Positions 11,907 to 24,500 of a stretch of 64,000 nucleotides of DNA are shown here, piece after piece. Source of the DNA: Utricularia gibba (lineage: Eukaryota > Plantae > Magnoliophyta); assembly GCA_002189035.1 (NCBI GenBank), contig NEEC01000009.1, positions 1,860,001-1,924,000 on the forward strand. Direction: 5' to 3'. Position 1 is the stretch's first letter, and each line of letters begins with the position of its first letter. The notes below the pieces were generated by a model. The model ran no database searches, was not told where the DNA came from, and was given only the letters and a program-made list of their open reading frames with translations. Position numbers and translations under genes: made by a program.

Positions 11907-13375
11907 ATGAGGATAGCAGTCACTACTCGTAGCGGCCGCGAGCTGATCAAGGGGGTCTTGACCTATCCGACTCTGTGCGTGTTTTCTTCTTGTTTCCCTT
12001 TTTTTGTTTGAATTGCGAAATCTGATCTTGTGATCTGGGCTTCTTGCTGCTTTTGACATTACGCTGGACTTGGTTTACAGGCTACGGTGGCTGATCTCCA
12101 GGAGGCCATTTTTTCGCGGAGTAAGCTGATTCGTTTTTTATTTTGGTTGATTTCCATTTGTGGTTACCAAGGTTTGAGCGCATGGTTAAAAACTAGAGGT
12201 GTTTGTTCTTTTAGTCTACCTAGAATTTTGGCAGAGGTGATTGTGTTTGGGAGTTCTCCCTTTCCTTCGCAAGTGATTATTTTTCGTAATTGATCTCTAT
12301 AATTTGGTCATTTCTGCTTTTTCATTTTGCAAACCTGTCCTTTAGAATCAACACAAATTTTGTTTACTTACACCTGTGGGAAGCGCATGATATCTGTTTT
12401 TCATTTCCTATCTTCATTCATTACATTATGTTCTTTTTGTTCCTCTAACAGCAAAAAAATACTACCCATCTCGACAAAGACTGACTCTTCCTCTTCCATC
12501 CGGATCGAAGGAAAGGCCTGTGGTTTTAGGCTACAAAAAGAGCCTGAAGGAGTATATCGATGGGAGCAAGAATGACTTAACTGTGGTTTTCAAGGATTTG
12601 GGTCCACAAGTCAAGTATAGCACTCTTTTCTTCTGGGAATATTTGGGTCCTCTGATTATCTTTCCCATCTTCCACTACATCCCTGTCTACAAAATCTTGG
12701 GATATGAACAAGAACATGCCCCTGCTCCAGTCCAGACATATGCTTTATATTACTGGTGTTTCCATTACTTCAAACGTATCATGGAAACCTTTTTTGTCCA
12801 TCGGTTCAGCCATGCAACATCGCCTCTTTCAAATGTCTTCCGGAACTGTGCTTATTACTGGACTTTTGGTGCATGGATTGCATACTATGTCAACCATCCT
12901 CTGTACACACCTGTGGGTGACCTGCAGATAAAGATTGGATTTGCTTTTGGGTTGCTTTGTCAAATCTCCAATCTGTACTGCCACATATTGTTGAGAAACC
13001 TTCGTAGTTCGGATAGCAGTGGCTACCAAATTCCCCGGGGCTTTTTGTTCAATTTTGTTACTTGTGCGAACTACACAACAGAAATCTATCAGTGGCTAGG
13101 ATTCAACATCGCCACACAAACTGTAGCCGGCTATGTTTTCATGGTAGTTGCTGCTGCTATAATGACGAACTGGGCTATTGCCAAGCACAAGCGCTTGAAG
13201 AAGGTATGCTTTTTCTTCTTTTCCAGTTGAACTGCTTCAGCAGCATACTAGGACTGCACATGAACATGATGTGATGGATGTGAGCTTTCCGTTGTTATTT
13301 TTGCAGCTTTTCGATGGAAAAAATGGGAAACCAAAGTACCCCCGGCGTTGGGTGATACTCCCACCATTCTTCTAG
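11907..13375 (+). CDS. ECR: Very-long-chain enoyl-CoA reductase (TER/CER10 type); apparent 1-nt deletion in exon 1 G-run
   Basis: Exon 1 [16 protein letters not shown]..., exon 2 [13 protein letters not shown], exon 3 [14 protein letters not shown]...[23 protein letters not shown]...[17 protein letters not shown]...[11 protein letters not shown], exon 4 [22 protein letters not shown]. One extra G at 11951-11955 restores KGGLDLSDS|ATV. Confidence 0.93.
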
Positions 13376-13760
13376 GAGCAGTACCTGCCACCAAGGGAGT
13401 TTGGTTACAAGTCCAACTGTTGCATTTAATTTCTGTTTCATCTTACAACATTCTATTTGATTGATGCTGTGGGTGCAAGTACTTCTTTGGTTAGAACAGA
13501 TGCATTCTGTAGTTGATGCTATTGAACCTATTCTGTTTTAATAGTAGAATTGCATGAGAAAATTGGGATAAGGTTTACAGGAAGCAGAGCCAGCCACCAA
13601 CGGAGAGAGTGGTATCTTATCCCCAAGCCTACAAAGTAACAGTAACAAAATTAAGTGGGAACATGAATTTCAGAACATTGGAAATGCCTCTATCAGAGAG
13701 TCCCTTGGGGGTTCATTAAAATCAGGGTCAGGAATGATAATGCTAAGCCAGGAGTTCATG

Positions 13761-16631
13761 TTAGCGAATTCTCCAAACGCCGGTTCTGTAACCAAAGGAC
13801 ATCAAAGCCAGCTCCCACAACATATGGGGAATGCTCAACAGATTAACTTTGGACCCCGGGATTTCTGTCCAGTTCACAGAGATTTCGAGCATTGGTATCT
13901 GAAACAACTTGCACAAGTAGACCAACTCTACGTCAAAGCACCACCTGAAAAATTCGAAACTATGAGGAAGAATAACTATATGCGTGTTTCGTTCAGAAGT
14001 AGGGGCCTTTTGTGGGACATATTTCTCATAAGCAACATCTGTGACATGAGATATCGTGCAATTTCCAAAAAAATACCTACAACGGAGAGAGCTAGATGAA
14101 TTAAAGCTTACCGCTTCAAGCGAATATTCGTGAAAAGCTTCCTAGCAGCAGCTCTGGTGAACATCTTAAAACCACACTGGGGCATGGACATGCGCAAGAA
14201 GAAACGCACAAGTGAAAATGAAGTTTGCCTGTGCATCCTAAATACAAAAAAAAAAAAAAAAAAAAAAAAACCCACAATCCTATCTTCCATTGTATTGGAA
14301 CAAAATAGATACCCGGATTCAAAAATCATGCTTGTAATATCTCCCACCAAAACAAGACCAGTTCAAGTTGATACACTTAACTGGGGCCCGTGAATCTAAT
14401 ACACAACCGAATTGATTGAAATCACATTGATAAATGTAGACAAACTACTAGGACATAAAACAGAATCTGACATCATACGAAAGTTAGTTTCTGTTTCATA
14501 ATTCCCACAAATAAAACTATCCCTATTGATGAGAAACAACTGTAGTACCAGGAAAATTTATAAACGTAGCAGTACCTGCGAGTCCCGAATTCCTGGGCCG
14601 GCAGCCAATAGTACTACCATATGGAACCCCTTCATCAAGAAATTTCTGTACCATTTTCTCTGAGAAAAGAGCCAAAATTCTAAAACACACAATCAAAAAC
14701 AAATACGATAAAGAAACATGCATTGACTAAGCTGCAAGGACTCAACCGTTGCCAGGGCTTTTTTCTCAAGATGAGCCCGTGACCCGAAAGCAACGATGGG
14801 AATATCTGACATGCCTAAATTTCCAGATTTTGAATCGTCCAAATTTTGCCTCTTGGCAGCCACCGCACATATCTGAAGAAGAATCAGCGAATAAACTGAA
14901 TAAATCTTTGGTTACTCAACAAAAATTAAATATAGAAACTAAAAGAATGCCATGCAAAAGAAACCAAATTTGATGAAACAAATATTTTTGTTAGCTAATA
15001 TTGATAATGGGAACTACCTGATTTTCAAGCTTTTCGAGATCACTGAATTTGGTTGCACCATCAGCATCAAGCATCAGAAGTAGCTCACCACGTGAGTGGA
15101 GCATGCCCTGTTGAATAATGCTTAAAGCAGCAAAAATAATTAAGAACGTGCATTGGTCATAATACATCAAAATAATTGGAAAATTAAACTCACAACGAAT
15201 TTCTACAATCATCTCACCTTTCTTATAGCCTCTCCCTTCCCATGGTTCCGTCCAAGGAGAACTAGTCTGACCTCTTCTACAGTGTATCTTTTTACATAGT
15301 CAAAAGCAACTTTTTTTGTACCATCGGCACTCCCATCATCAACAATCACCACCTACTTAAGAAAAGAAGATTGTAATATGAAATCAAATAACTGATGGGT
15401 CAATCAAATAGCCATGATCGCTCATTTTTTTATATGGCACAAAGAACCATAGTGCTTCCCATTCATTTCACACATTTTATTGCTACTTACCTCTAAAAAG
15501 CCAGCATTCACACAGACACCAAGCCCTTGGTTATGATTTACAATAAATATGAGACATAAGAGGGTTATCTAGAGCCATATACTAGCAGTACAAGTCTTCC
15601 AGACTGTATGTAACATCCCTAGCCGTACACTAAAAGAGAAATAGGAAGCAGCTATACCTCATAAGTAAATGATTTGTCCTTTGCTGCACGTTCTTGAAGA
15701 TAACTACAAGGTCAGCACGCATAAATCAAAATGTTCATCGAAGTTGCATTGCTCTCATCACACCACAGCCATAGGAAATCTTTTATAGTAATTTTATCAC
15801 TAGACAAAAAGACACACATAATTTTCAGTACAGGGGGAATTGCCTTTCGTGACCTCCAAATATCCAAATCCTGAAAACTTTTAAAGCCCCATACTATCTG
15901 GAATGTGTGTGAACTGTGAGGAAGTATTAAGGGCAAAATAGAACCGAGCACCAATCAACCAGTTGAAAGGAAGAGAAATTAGATTACTTTAGTGCTTCAT
16001 CTAGAGCTCCAGGAAGCCTATGCTCTTCATTGTAGGCTGGGATTATCAAAGACATATATTTTTCTGCAGGATCACGGATATCGGGACAACGAACCTGAAA
16101 TAAAAATTGCATCATAGAAATCAAAACCCCCCTCGAAGCAACAACTCAAAGGCAACATTCAACTTTTACTAAATTCCTCGCAAACTAAATGCTCTCTAAG
16201 CTAGTGATCAAAAAAATCATGCTCCCTAAACCGAATAAGAATCGAAAGCCAACTCAATTTTCTTAAAGTAAAGAGCAAATTGAGCCTCTACCCAAATCAA
16301 ATATGTACATAAGCCCTTGAAGTCTTTTGAAACATCTTGAATCAACAAAGCATTAATGTATCAAAGATCCAAACTTAAATACTTACAGGCTTCAGCGAAT
16401 TGGGATCCTCAAATACGGGAATCGCCTGTTTGTGAAACCTACACAAAAAAACATGAGCAATGACATCAGAATCCGAGACAAGAACAGAACTGTGAGAGAA
16501 ACAAAAGAAAATACGTACGACTGGGCGTCTCTTCTAAGGGAAACTGCGAAAGCGATGGCTGCCGCGAACCCAAAAGCAAAAATCAAAGCGAGCACCCACA
16601 AAATCTCAATCAGCATCCATATGAATCCCAT
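13761..16631 (-). CDS. ALG5: Dolichyl-phosphate beta-glucosyltransferase (GT2), multi-exon
   Basis: N-terminal TM helix, then FEDPNSLKP|...[41 protein letters not shown]|[32 protein letters not shown]...GIRDSQ|[26 protein letters not shown]...YRTGVWRIR*. The exons I traced join in frame. Confidence 0.94.
14246..14270. repeat. Long poly-A tract (poly-T on the sense strand) inside an ALG5 intron
   Basis: About 24 consecutive A on the + strand, forming a polypyrimidine tract for the minus-strand intron. Confidence 0.85.
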
Positions 16632-16854
16632 CTCCGCCGAGGTCCAACTGAATTGACAAAATGGAACTTAATGCCACAGTCAACTGGTGTACATACATAC
16701 CTATTGGGCGCTTAAGGATTCTGAAATAGGGATTAATCTCAGTAATCGAGTTTTCCTCCACTAATCGTGTATCAGTGTTTTACGGGCCCTGAAAGTGCCG
16801 GGCCGCACCGAGCTTTTAAAAAGCGATGCCCTGGATTGGTTGGAATCCAGCAGA

Positions 16855-16985
16855 AGAAACGGGCCTGGGTAGCCCAGTAAGGCCCAAATCAGTACATTAT
16901 AGGCCCACCAGGATCAGACTGGGTCTGAACCGGCACGTGCCTCATCCGCCAGCCCTCTTTACAACTTATGGGCCCAACATCCAGC
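16855..16985. promoter_or_regulatory. Cluster of site II-like (GGCCCA/TGGGCC/AGCCCA) elements in the divergent ALG5 / ankyrin promoter
   Basis: agccca, ggccca (twice) and tgggccca within about 130 bp between head-to-head genes. Confidence 0.55.
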
Positions 16986-17464
16986 GCCGAGTCTCTAATT
17001 TTTTTAAAAAAATCATTAAACAACTTATAATAATATTTCCTTTTTAACAAACAAATGACTCCTTGGCGGGTCAATAGCCGCCATGAAGATGGAGGGGGAG
17101 CTTCTCTGCTGCTTCCTTGGTTCAATCAGCATGTCTGGGCGTTTGGGCTTTTTCAACACCGCGCATGTTCCTCTCTCTGGGTGCTTTTCTTCTCAACATG
17201 TCTATGCCTCTTAAAGGTGGTAGGTGCTCTTTCTCTGAATTTTTTTTGTTTCTTTTCTTGATGATGATGATTCCTCGCTGTTGTTATGGGATTCTTGGAT
17301 TTTCAAGTGCGATATTGATTTTGATTTCACATTCTGTCTGTTAAGTAATAGAGCCCGTTACTGATTCGGAGGAGAAAGAAGAAAAAGTTGCAATAAAACT
17401 GTTGTTCTTGGAATATGTATGTTCATGTTACATGGAGGCCAATTTTGATGATGAGTTTTGAAAA

Positions 17465-19718
17465 ATGGCAGATGGGGACTTGGAGAACGCGCTGTTGCCT
17501 ATGAGTACGACGCAAAACCATGCGTCCGAGCCTGCGGCACCGTCAACTTCATCATCAAACGCGCCTGCTGTGGTCTTTTCGAATTCGGGCAAGCAGATTG
17601 ATCAAAGTGGGAAGAAGAAATATGTGAAACAGGTTACTGGTCGTTACAGTGACACTGAATTGCATATGGCTGCGCAAAGAGGCGATCTTGGGGCAGTGAA
17701 GCAAATTCTTGATGATATCAATAGCCTCATGGTTGGGAATTCTGATGGGCTGGATTTCGATAAGGAAGTTGCAGAAATCAGGGCTTCTATTGTAAATGAG
17801 GTAAATGAATTGGGAGAGACAGCATTATACATGGCAGCGGAAAGAGGGCACATTGGCGTTGTTAAAGAATTGCTCAAGTATGCAAACGAGGAAACAATCA
17901 CAAGGAAAAACATATCTATGTTTGATCCTCTTCATGTGGCGGCAAGTCAAGGACACCATGGTGAGTCGCACATTTTTCACATAATGATACTATATTCAGG
18001 CTCTGATGTCATACTCTGGTGTGGCATGCTTTGTAAATATATTTATGCAGTCTCTTTCATAAACTTCAAGCTCCTTTTTTTATGGCTAAGGCTTCATTTC
18101 TCATGCACACTGTAGTCTTGCTTAGTGAGTAACCATGCAATTATTTGTTCTTTTCCTGTTGAATTTTGACCTGCAGGCATTACATTCTTCTTGTTAACGT
18201 GATCATGCTTCTTCTCATTCCAGAAATCGTGAAGGTGCTTCTGGATCATAATCCTGCTTTAAATAACACAATAGGTCCTTCGAATGCAACTCCTGTTGTA
18301 ACGGCAGCTGCAAGAGGACATACTGCAGTGGTCAATGAGCTTCTATCAAAAGACTGCAGCTTGCTAGAAATTTCGATGTTGAATGGAAAAAATGCATTGC
18401 ACTTGGCTTCTAGACAAGGACATGCTGATATTGTCAAGTTGCTTCTCCAGAAAGGATCACAATTAGCTCGAAGAACTGACAAGAAGGGACAGACTGCATT
18501 ACATATGGCCGTCAAGGGCGTCAATTGTGAAGTTGTTGAATTGCTTCTCGATGCAGATGCTGCTACTGTTACGTTTCCAGACAAGTATGGCAATACAGCT
18601 TTGCATGTGGCCACCAGGAAAATGAGGGTAGAGGTACGCTTTGTACCATTTATGGCAGAAGTCCCTTGTCACCATTGGTTCTTCTTGTCTTCTTTGAAGT
18701 TCGAAAACATTATCTGTCCAAATCCCACAGTCTAGTCACCAATGACAGCTTTAAAAACATTCAGCTGAGCTGACAACTTTGCAAATCTTTGAAATCTGTA
18801 GTTTTTTTACGTTCTCTGTGTCCTTCCATAATCGAGACTAATCTTTGCACACCATGTTCGAATTATTTCTCTAAGAGTTGGTTTATTTTCTCCCTGCAGA
18901 TAGTTAAACAGTTGCTAGGCCTTCCAGATACAAATGTGAACGCATTAAGCTGCGGTAAGAAAACAGCTCTTGATATTGCAGAGGATTTACCACTCTCAGA
19001 AGAATCATCCGAGATAAAGGAATGGCTCTGTCATTATGGGGCTCGTAGAGCCAGTGAACTGAATCAACCTCAAGACGAGCTGCGCAATACGGTTATACAG
19101 ATTAAACATGATGTGCACAGTCAGCTCCAACAAACCATAAGAACAAACAAAAATGTGTCTGGGATCGCCAAGAAGCTTAGGAAACTCCACCGAGAAGGCA
19201 TCAACAACGCCACTAACTCAGTCACCGTTGTAGCTGTCCTCTTTGCAACCGTTGCCTTTGCAGCTATTTTCACTGTGCCTGGTGGGGATGACAATAAGGG
19301 CAAGGCTGTGGTTGTGAATAGCACTTCATTCAAAATCTTCTTCATCTTCAATGCTGTTGCCCTCTTCACATCCCTAGCTGTTGTGGTAGTTCAGATTACA
19401 TTGATCCGAGGTGAGACAAAAGCCGAGAGGCATGTCGTGCAGATTATCAACAAGCTAATGTGGTTGGCATCTGTATGCACTTCTGTGGCTTTCATGGCAG
19501 CTTCCTACATCGTCGTGGGCTATAAGCATGCCTGGGCAGCTGAACTTGTAACAGTTGTTGGTGGCGCTATAATGGCCGGAGTTCTGGGCACGATGACTTA
19601 CTATGTCGTGAAGTCGAAGAGGAGACGATCAATGAGCAAGCGACGGAGCGGGTCAATCAGTCACCGGTACTCGGGTTTCAGTCATCCTGACATTGATGAT
19701 AAGATATACGCCCTCTGA
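17465..19718 (+). CDS. Ankyrin repeat + PGG domain transmembrane protein (ITN1/ACD6-like ANK-TM family), 3 exons
   Basis: Ankyrin repeats (DTELHMAAQRG, ETALYMAAERGH, NALHLASRQGH, QTALHMAVKG). PGG domain INNATNSVTVVAVLFATVAFAAIFTVPGG followed by four hydrophobic helices. Introns at about 17961-18223 and 18635-18899. Confidence 0.93.
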
Positions 19719-20072
19719 GTCAGTTATGTCTAAGGGGTGTGGCTTCAATGAAGCTCTGTCAAATGTACTTTTATCAGTGCGAAGAAGTAGAGCAAGTTAC
19801 AGTCGAAGCACTAAACTGGGGAGGAATTCATCAATCTTGCATCTCTGCACAGAAATATCCAGAAAGCTCTATCTTCTACCCATCAAGAGTTCAATTTTAA
19901 AGGCCTCACCTTGATGAGAATCGCCGCTGTGGCGGCGGCGGCGGCGAGAAAACCGTTCACTGTTAATCAAGCTTAATTACCCAACACAAAAGTTGGGTTT
20001 TGTTTATTCAAAGAACACTGTCTTGTGTGGTGTATGAAGTCCCATGGCAACCGGACACGTGGTTAGAAAAAG

Positions 20073-20715
20073 ATGATAACCTTTCAGTTTTCTTCACCCA
20101 TTCCGCTTTCTCTCCAAAAATCTTCGCCTTCTACGATTCTTCGACGACCCGCAAACCCGATTTATCCGTTTCTCCACCAGCAATCTCGCAATACAAGGGG
20201 AACTCACCGACGCAAGAGTTTCGGGAATGGCGGGAGGGGTGACCCAGTTGAAGAAAACGCGGGGGTTGAACCAGACATGGAGAGCTATCTCCGATCCCTC
20301 TCCCTCGAATACGACAACGTCTGGGATACAAAGCCCTCCTGGTGGTCGCCCAATTGAATTTTTTCAGCTTTCTTTGGTGTTTTTCTGGCGGTAACTGTCA
20401 TTCCGTTCAGGTGCCAACCGTGGACGATCACCATGACTGGAATATTGATAGTCATTGTGAGCTGGTTGCCTCTGAAATCCATAGCAGTCAGTTCTATTGC
20501 AGCTGCTTTGGTTAGTTTGTGGTGGTACATTTTTCTCTACTCTTACCCCAAGGTAAACCAGCTTAAAACTTTAGTGAGTTAAAATGATCCGATCACTTGG
20601 TTCCTAACTGGGTTTTTTGTGGGTGCACCAGGCTTACTCGGACATGATAGCTGAGCGAAGGGATAGGGTGAAGAGAGGACTAGAAGACACGTTTGGTGCC
20701 GAAATTGAGCAGTGA
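20073..20715 (+). CDS. Small predicted plastid membrane protein of unknown function (DUF6737-like), 3 exons
   Basis: Ser/Pro/Arg-rich transit-peptide-like N-terminus, then SLSLEYDNVWDTKPSW|CQPWTITMTGILIVIVSW...LWWYIFLYSYPK|AYSDMIAERRDRVKRGLEDTFGAEIEQ*. Introns 20342-20410 and about 20552-20631 are GT-AG and in frame. Family name is from memory. Confidence 0.8.
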
Positions 20716-21709
20716 TCTTTAAACGGAGCATCCTCATTGAGTTATCCTGATTGTTACTTCTTTGAAATCTGTTAAACTTGCTGCATATTTTGGATTGTGT
20801 GTTATATTTCAACATCCAAACATGGAAGAAAGGTTTTGTTTCTCTGTTGGGACCCTGATAACCTGCTCATAACCTGATTATGGACAGATCTATAAACGCG
20901 CAGAATAGCACCAGGGGGAACTATCAAATCCGTATAGTTGAATGTCAAAAAATGGCAGGGCTCAAGAACGGGCGGATGGATCCAAGATCACCTTCAGGAT
21001 GAAGCATTTTCCCTCGCTGCTGTTCATGCAGTCATTCACTCCCCACGCACGGTCGACTTCAGGTTCTGCTGAATCGACATGTTTTTCATTTGCTGCCCCT
21101 TTAAGGGGGTTGATCTAGAATGTTGAAGATGTGCTTGCTGATCAAGCCATGCTGCTTTTATACCACTTTAAGATGTTGGAATAAGAGATTTCATCGGATT
21201 CTGATCATTCAAGAACAATTTACTCTCAACTTCAAGTGGATCACTGACATTATCTCAGGTGTAATCTGATAAAAAGCAAGATTTAGTTTTAAGCTTGTTG
21301 AGCTCATTAAACACTTTCCACCATATGCTATACCTAACTTGCAGGCGCTGCTTGCCCTCAGATGCAAATTCATCCATCCCTCATCCTGGGTAAACCTCAC
21401 AATTACCCTGTTCTAGATGTATTTTGATCAATCAACATGAAAGATCACATTTTGAACTCAAATACTACATGGGAAAGTTGTCTGCCCTTCTTCAGAGGCT
21501 GTTATTCTACGGACAAATTATGTTTTGAGCACAGCATCATTCAATCACAAGCATCAGATGCATCAGAAGATACGGTATTATGTTTCATGTATGTAGCCGC
21601 TTCTACTCGTGAAACCATATTGGCATTCAATATGAAGAAGGGATGATTCCATTCATCTTCGTTGTTTAGCATAAGAGCTACAGAAGTAGATAGAAAGCTA
21701 AGAAGGAGT

Positions 21710-22186
21710 TTACTGTACGAACACAAGGCCTCCGACGACGTCATCCCGGTCTGCCTCAGATTCCTCCGGTCCCTTGGGCACCGTCACCACCAGCTCCCCG
21801 TCTAGGTAAGCGGCGGATGCAAGGTCCGCACGCGTCGAATCGGGCAACCTAAACCGCCACACATCGAGATCGAAATCCGTGGCCGCCGGTAAATCAACGA
21901 CCCCGGTTCCCCTAATAACGACCTTGGTCACCCCAGGGTAGATCTCGACGGCATCCGCCCTGACGTCGTCGATGATGTCGTCAGTGACGGCAGAGAATCG
22001 GAGAAAATCCGAGGTCTCCACGATGGACACATCGGCGTCCCAGAGCAAAGGCAGCTCGAGAACCTTAGTGAAAACGTGAGGCAGACGCTGCAATTTCTTC
22101 CGGCGGCAGGCGTTCGCCGGACCTAAAACGTCGAATCGAAGGCCCAGGTTGCGCCTCGTAGACACAGGGTAAACCTTCATCGCCAA
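21710..22186 (-). CDS. Plant HSP20-like alpha-crystallin-domain protein, intronless
   Basis: 158-aa GC-rich ORF with KKLQRLPHVFTKVLELP...DADV and WRFRLPDSTRADLASAAY.DGELVVTVPK (ACD beta9 GELxVTVPK), ending GGLVFVQ. Confidence 0.85.
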   Translation of the reverse strand: MAMKVYPVSTRRNLGLRFDVLGPANACRRKKLQRLPHVFTKVLELPLLWDADVSIVETSDFLRFSAVTDDIIDDVRADAVEIYPGVTKVVIRGTGVVDLPAATDFDLDVWRFRLPDSTRADLASAAYLDGELVVTVPKGPEESEADRDDVVGGLVFVQ

Positions 22187-22661
22187 AACAAAAACAGCAC
22201 CGGAAACAGGCGACGCCAGAAACGAAACCCAAACGAAAAAAAAGAAAAAAGATTCGAGGAAAACGATAAGGAAAGGGTTGGCAGAGACGAGAGGACAAGG
22301 AATTGGGATTGCACAGAAGGACGGATGAGCGGGGACGACCCTCCTCTCCTTGCTTTTATACTCAACATCAATGGCGAGTGGTTCCTCACATCAGCCTTCA
22401 ATGTGGCTGTCCCTATCCTTCCCATCAGGTATGTGCCGTGCCCATTGCCCCGCCCCATCCATCCTCTCCCCCAGTATTCATTTTATTTATTTTATTATCA
22501 TAATAATAACAATAAGATGTTTTATAGTTGTATATGTAAGTTTTATATCTAAGTTTACACATATATCACTATTTAATTAACTAGCATATGCATATCAATC
22601 TTAAATGATTATATTATGCATATATTTATTTTTTGAATATGTGAATAATATATATACAGGT

Positions 22662-22904
22662 TGTGACGTCCCACCCCACGAAAGTGTTGGAAAAAAGGGA
22701 CTTAAGCAAATTCCACATCGATTAGGGATGGGATAGAAGATGAGATTAAGATGAGTGACCACGCAAATTTAGCATGAGGTATTTTCCTAGCATGACGAAG
22801 AATCCTTTACAAGAAGTCAGACGAAATATGGGAAAAACATAAAATCGTCAGAGTTGGATGCTTTAAACGGACAATATCATGGTAGGTGTGCGCGGGTCAT
22901 TACA
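22662..22904. mobile_element. Degenerate TRIM-like solo LTR (about 243 bp)
   Basis: Begins TGTGACGTCCCA and ends GGGTCATTACA (TG...CA). Contains CCACATCG and GGACAATATC, motifs I recall from dicot TRIM terminal repeats. Flanks ACAGGT / ACAGAT match at 5 of 6 bases. GC-richer than its AT-rich surroundings. Confidence 0.55.
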
Positions 22905-23043
22905 ACAGATAGGATATGAAAGTTAATTATATCTATATTATTCATATATTCAAATTTAAAAGTTATACATAATTAATTATATGTATGTAAACGAATTATA
23001 CTATATTTAAACATATTTATAATTTAGTATCAGACAACCTCTA

Positions 23044-23063
23044 CTAATAATAATAATAATAAT
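23044..23063. repeat. (TAA)n microsatellite
   Basis: ctactaataataataataataat in the AT-rich intergenic region. Confidence 0.85.
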
Positions 23064-24500
23064 CCCTAGTGATCAATGGCCTTAGGTCAGACACCAAATG
23101 GCTCCCTAGGGGCATCTTCGTAATTTAGCTTGTAGGTAGAAAATAGACGACGCAAGTGCAGGGAGTGAGTGGCTGCGCAAACTCTAATTTTTATTACAAA
23201 TAAAAATAGATTAGCTTTTATTTTCTAATTTTTATTACATGCATGCACGTGCATTAAATGGTATTTGGTATTTTATTTATACTTAGCTTTATGGTGGAGG
23301 GAACACACTCCATACTATAATTTAAAATTGGTGTAGACTTTAAGCCCCCACTAGGATGTACAATTAAGCCCACAGATAAAATAATTAATTTGGGTAGCAT
23401 TAGGTCACAAGTTCTATCCCTTAGGGTGAGGGCATGCACCATGATGTAATTAATTTGTTGGTTATCAGAACAAAAGAAAAAGAAAAAAAAATGATTTTCC
23501 TCTTGGGCTTTTCTATGGACTGTAGCCCACGTTTGGACTCAATTATGAGCCCACATGGGCTGGGCTTTAGGCCTGCTATTTAAAAATTAGATTAAACCCA
23601 TTCTCCTATTTAATTAAATTGAATATTAATTAAAGGTTTTTTTAAAAAATTGAAAATAAATTAAATTTGGATTTTGTATTTTTAAATTGTTTTAAATAAA
23701 AAACTAAATATATATTATTATAATTATAATTTTTATATAATATACAATTTTCTGAAATATGCAATGTATAGTTATTTATTCATATTAACTTAATTTTTTT
23801 TAAAAAATTAATTCTATATACTTGTATTCATGAGTGTCTTGCAAATTGTATTTTTTCGAATAATTCTGATGAAAATATGAATGGATAATTAATCATCAAT
23901 TACATAAAATTTCATGATTATTTATATAACTGTAGAATAAATAGTATTTGATTTGTGTTTTTAATGGATTGAATAATATAATTTCTGTTTTTAACCTGAA
24001 TCGATCGCTTCCGTTGACTTTTACTATCACGCTATTCGAAAATTTAAGATCGGAAGAGTTGAGTCTTACCGTTAAAGTAGTTTCTGCAATTCTCAAGGAT
24101 TTTCCAGTCTCCGGCGACGTTGATTGACTCTTCTATTCATCGGAACAATAGTTTTCTTCTTCCAATGTAATTATTTCATTTAGACGTCACTAGCATTGTA
24201 TTTTTTTTTTCGGTATAAGTTGCGTCGCAGGCCTAATTGTGGGTAATGGGTTGGCGGGTTTTTATAAAGGAGCCGAACTTATCGTTCTCCGGCAGTGTCT
24301 GAGTGAACCCGTCGATTAATTTCGACGTATGCGTGATTCTTGAAATTTGTGGTGTAGACTGATTTATGCCTTTTCGTTTTGGAGGCCGACAGATTTCTGG
24401 AGTAAAGAATAGTTGACTCTCCCCGTAAACCTGCAGCTGTAGCATCAAGAACTGGTTTTTGTTTTATTGAAACGAGGATCGACGAGTAAGAACCCAGAAA

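Noticed and set aside
20962-21110. Coding-looking minus frame (KGAANEKHVDSAEPEVDRAWG...)
   Set aside because: Under 50 codons, bounded by stops, with no supported start or splice context; probably 3' UTR.
23395-23425. GGTCACAAGTTCTATCCC (and a similar stretch near 41240-41275) resembling a tRNA-derived SINE B box
   Set aside because: Too degenerate; no A box, tail or target-site duplication could be identified.
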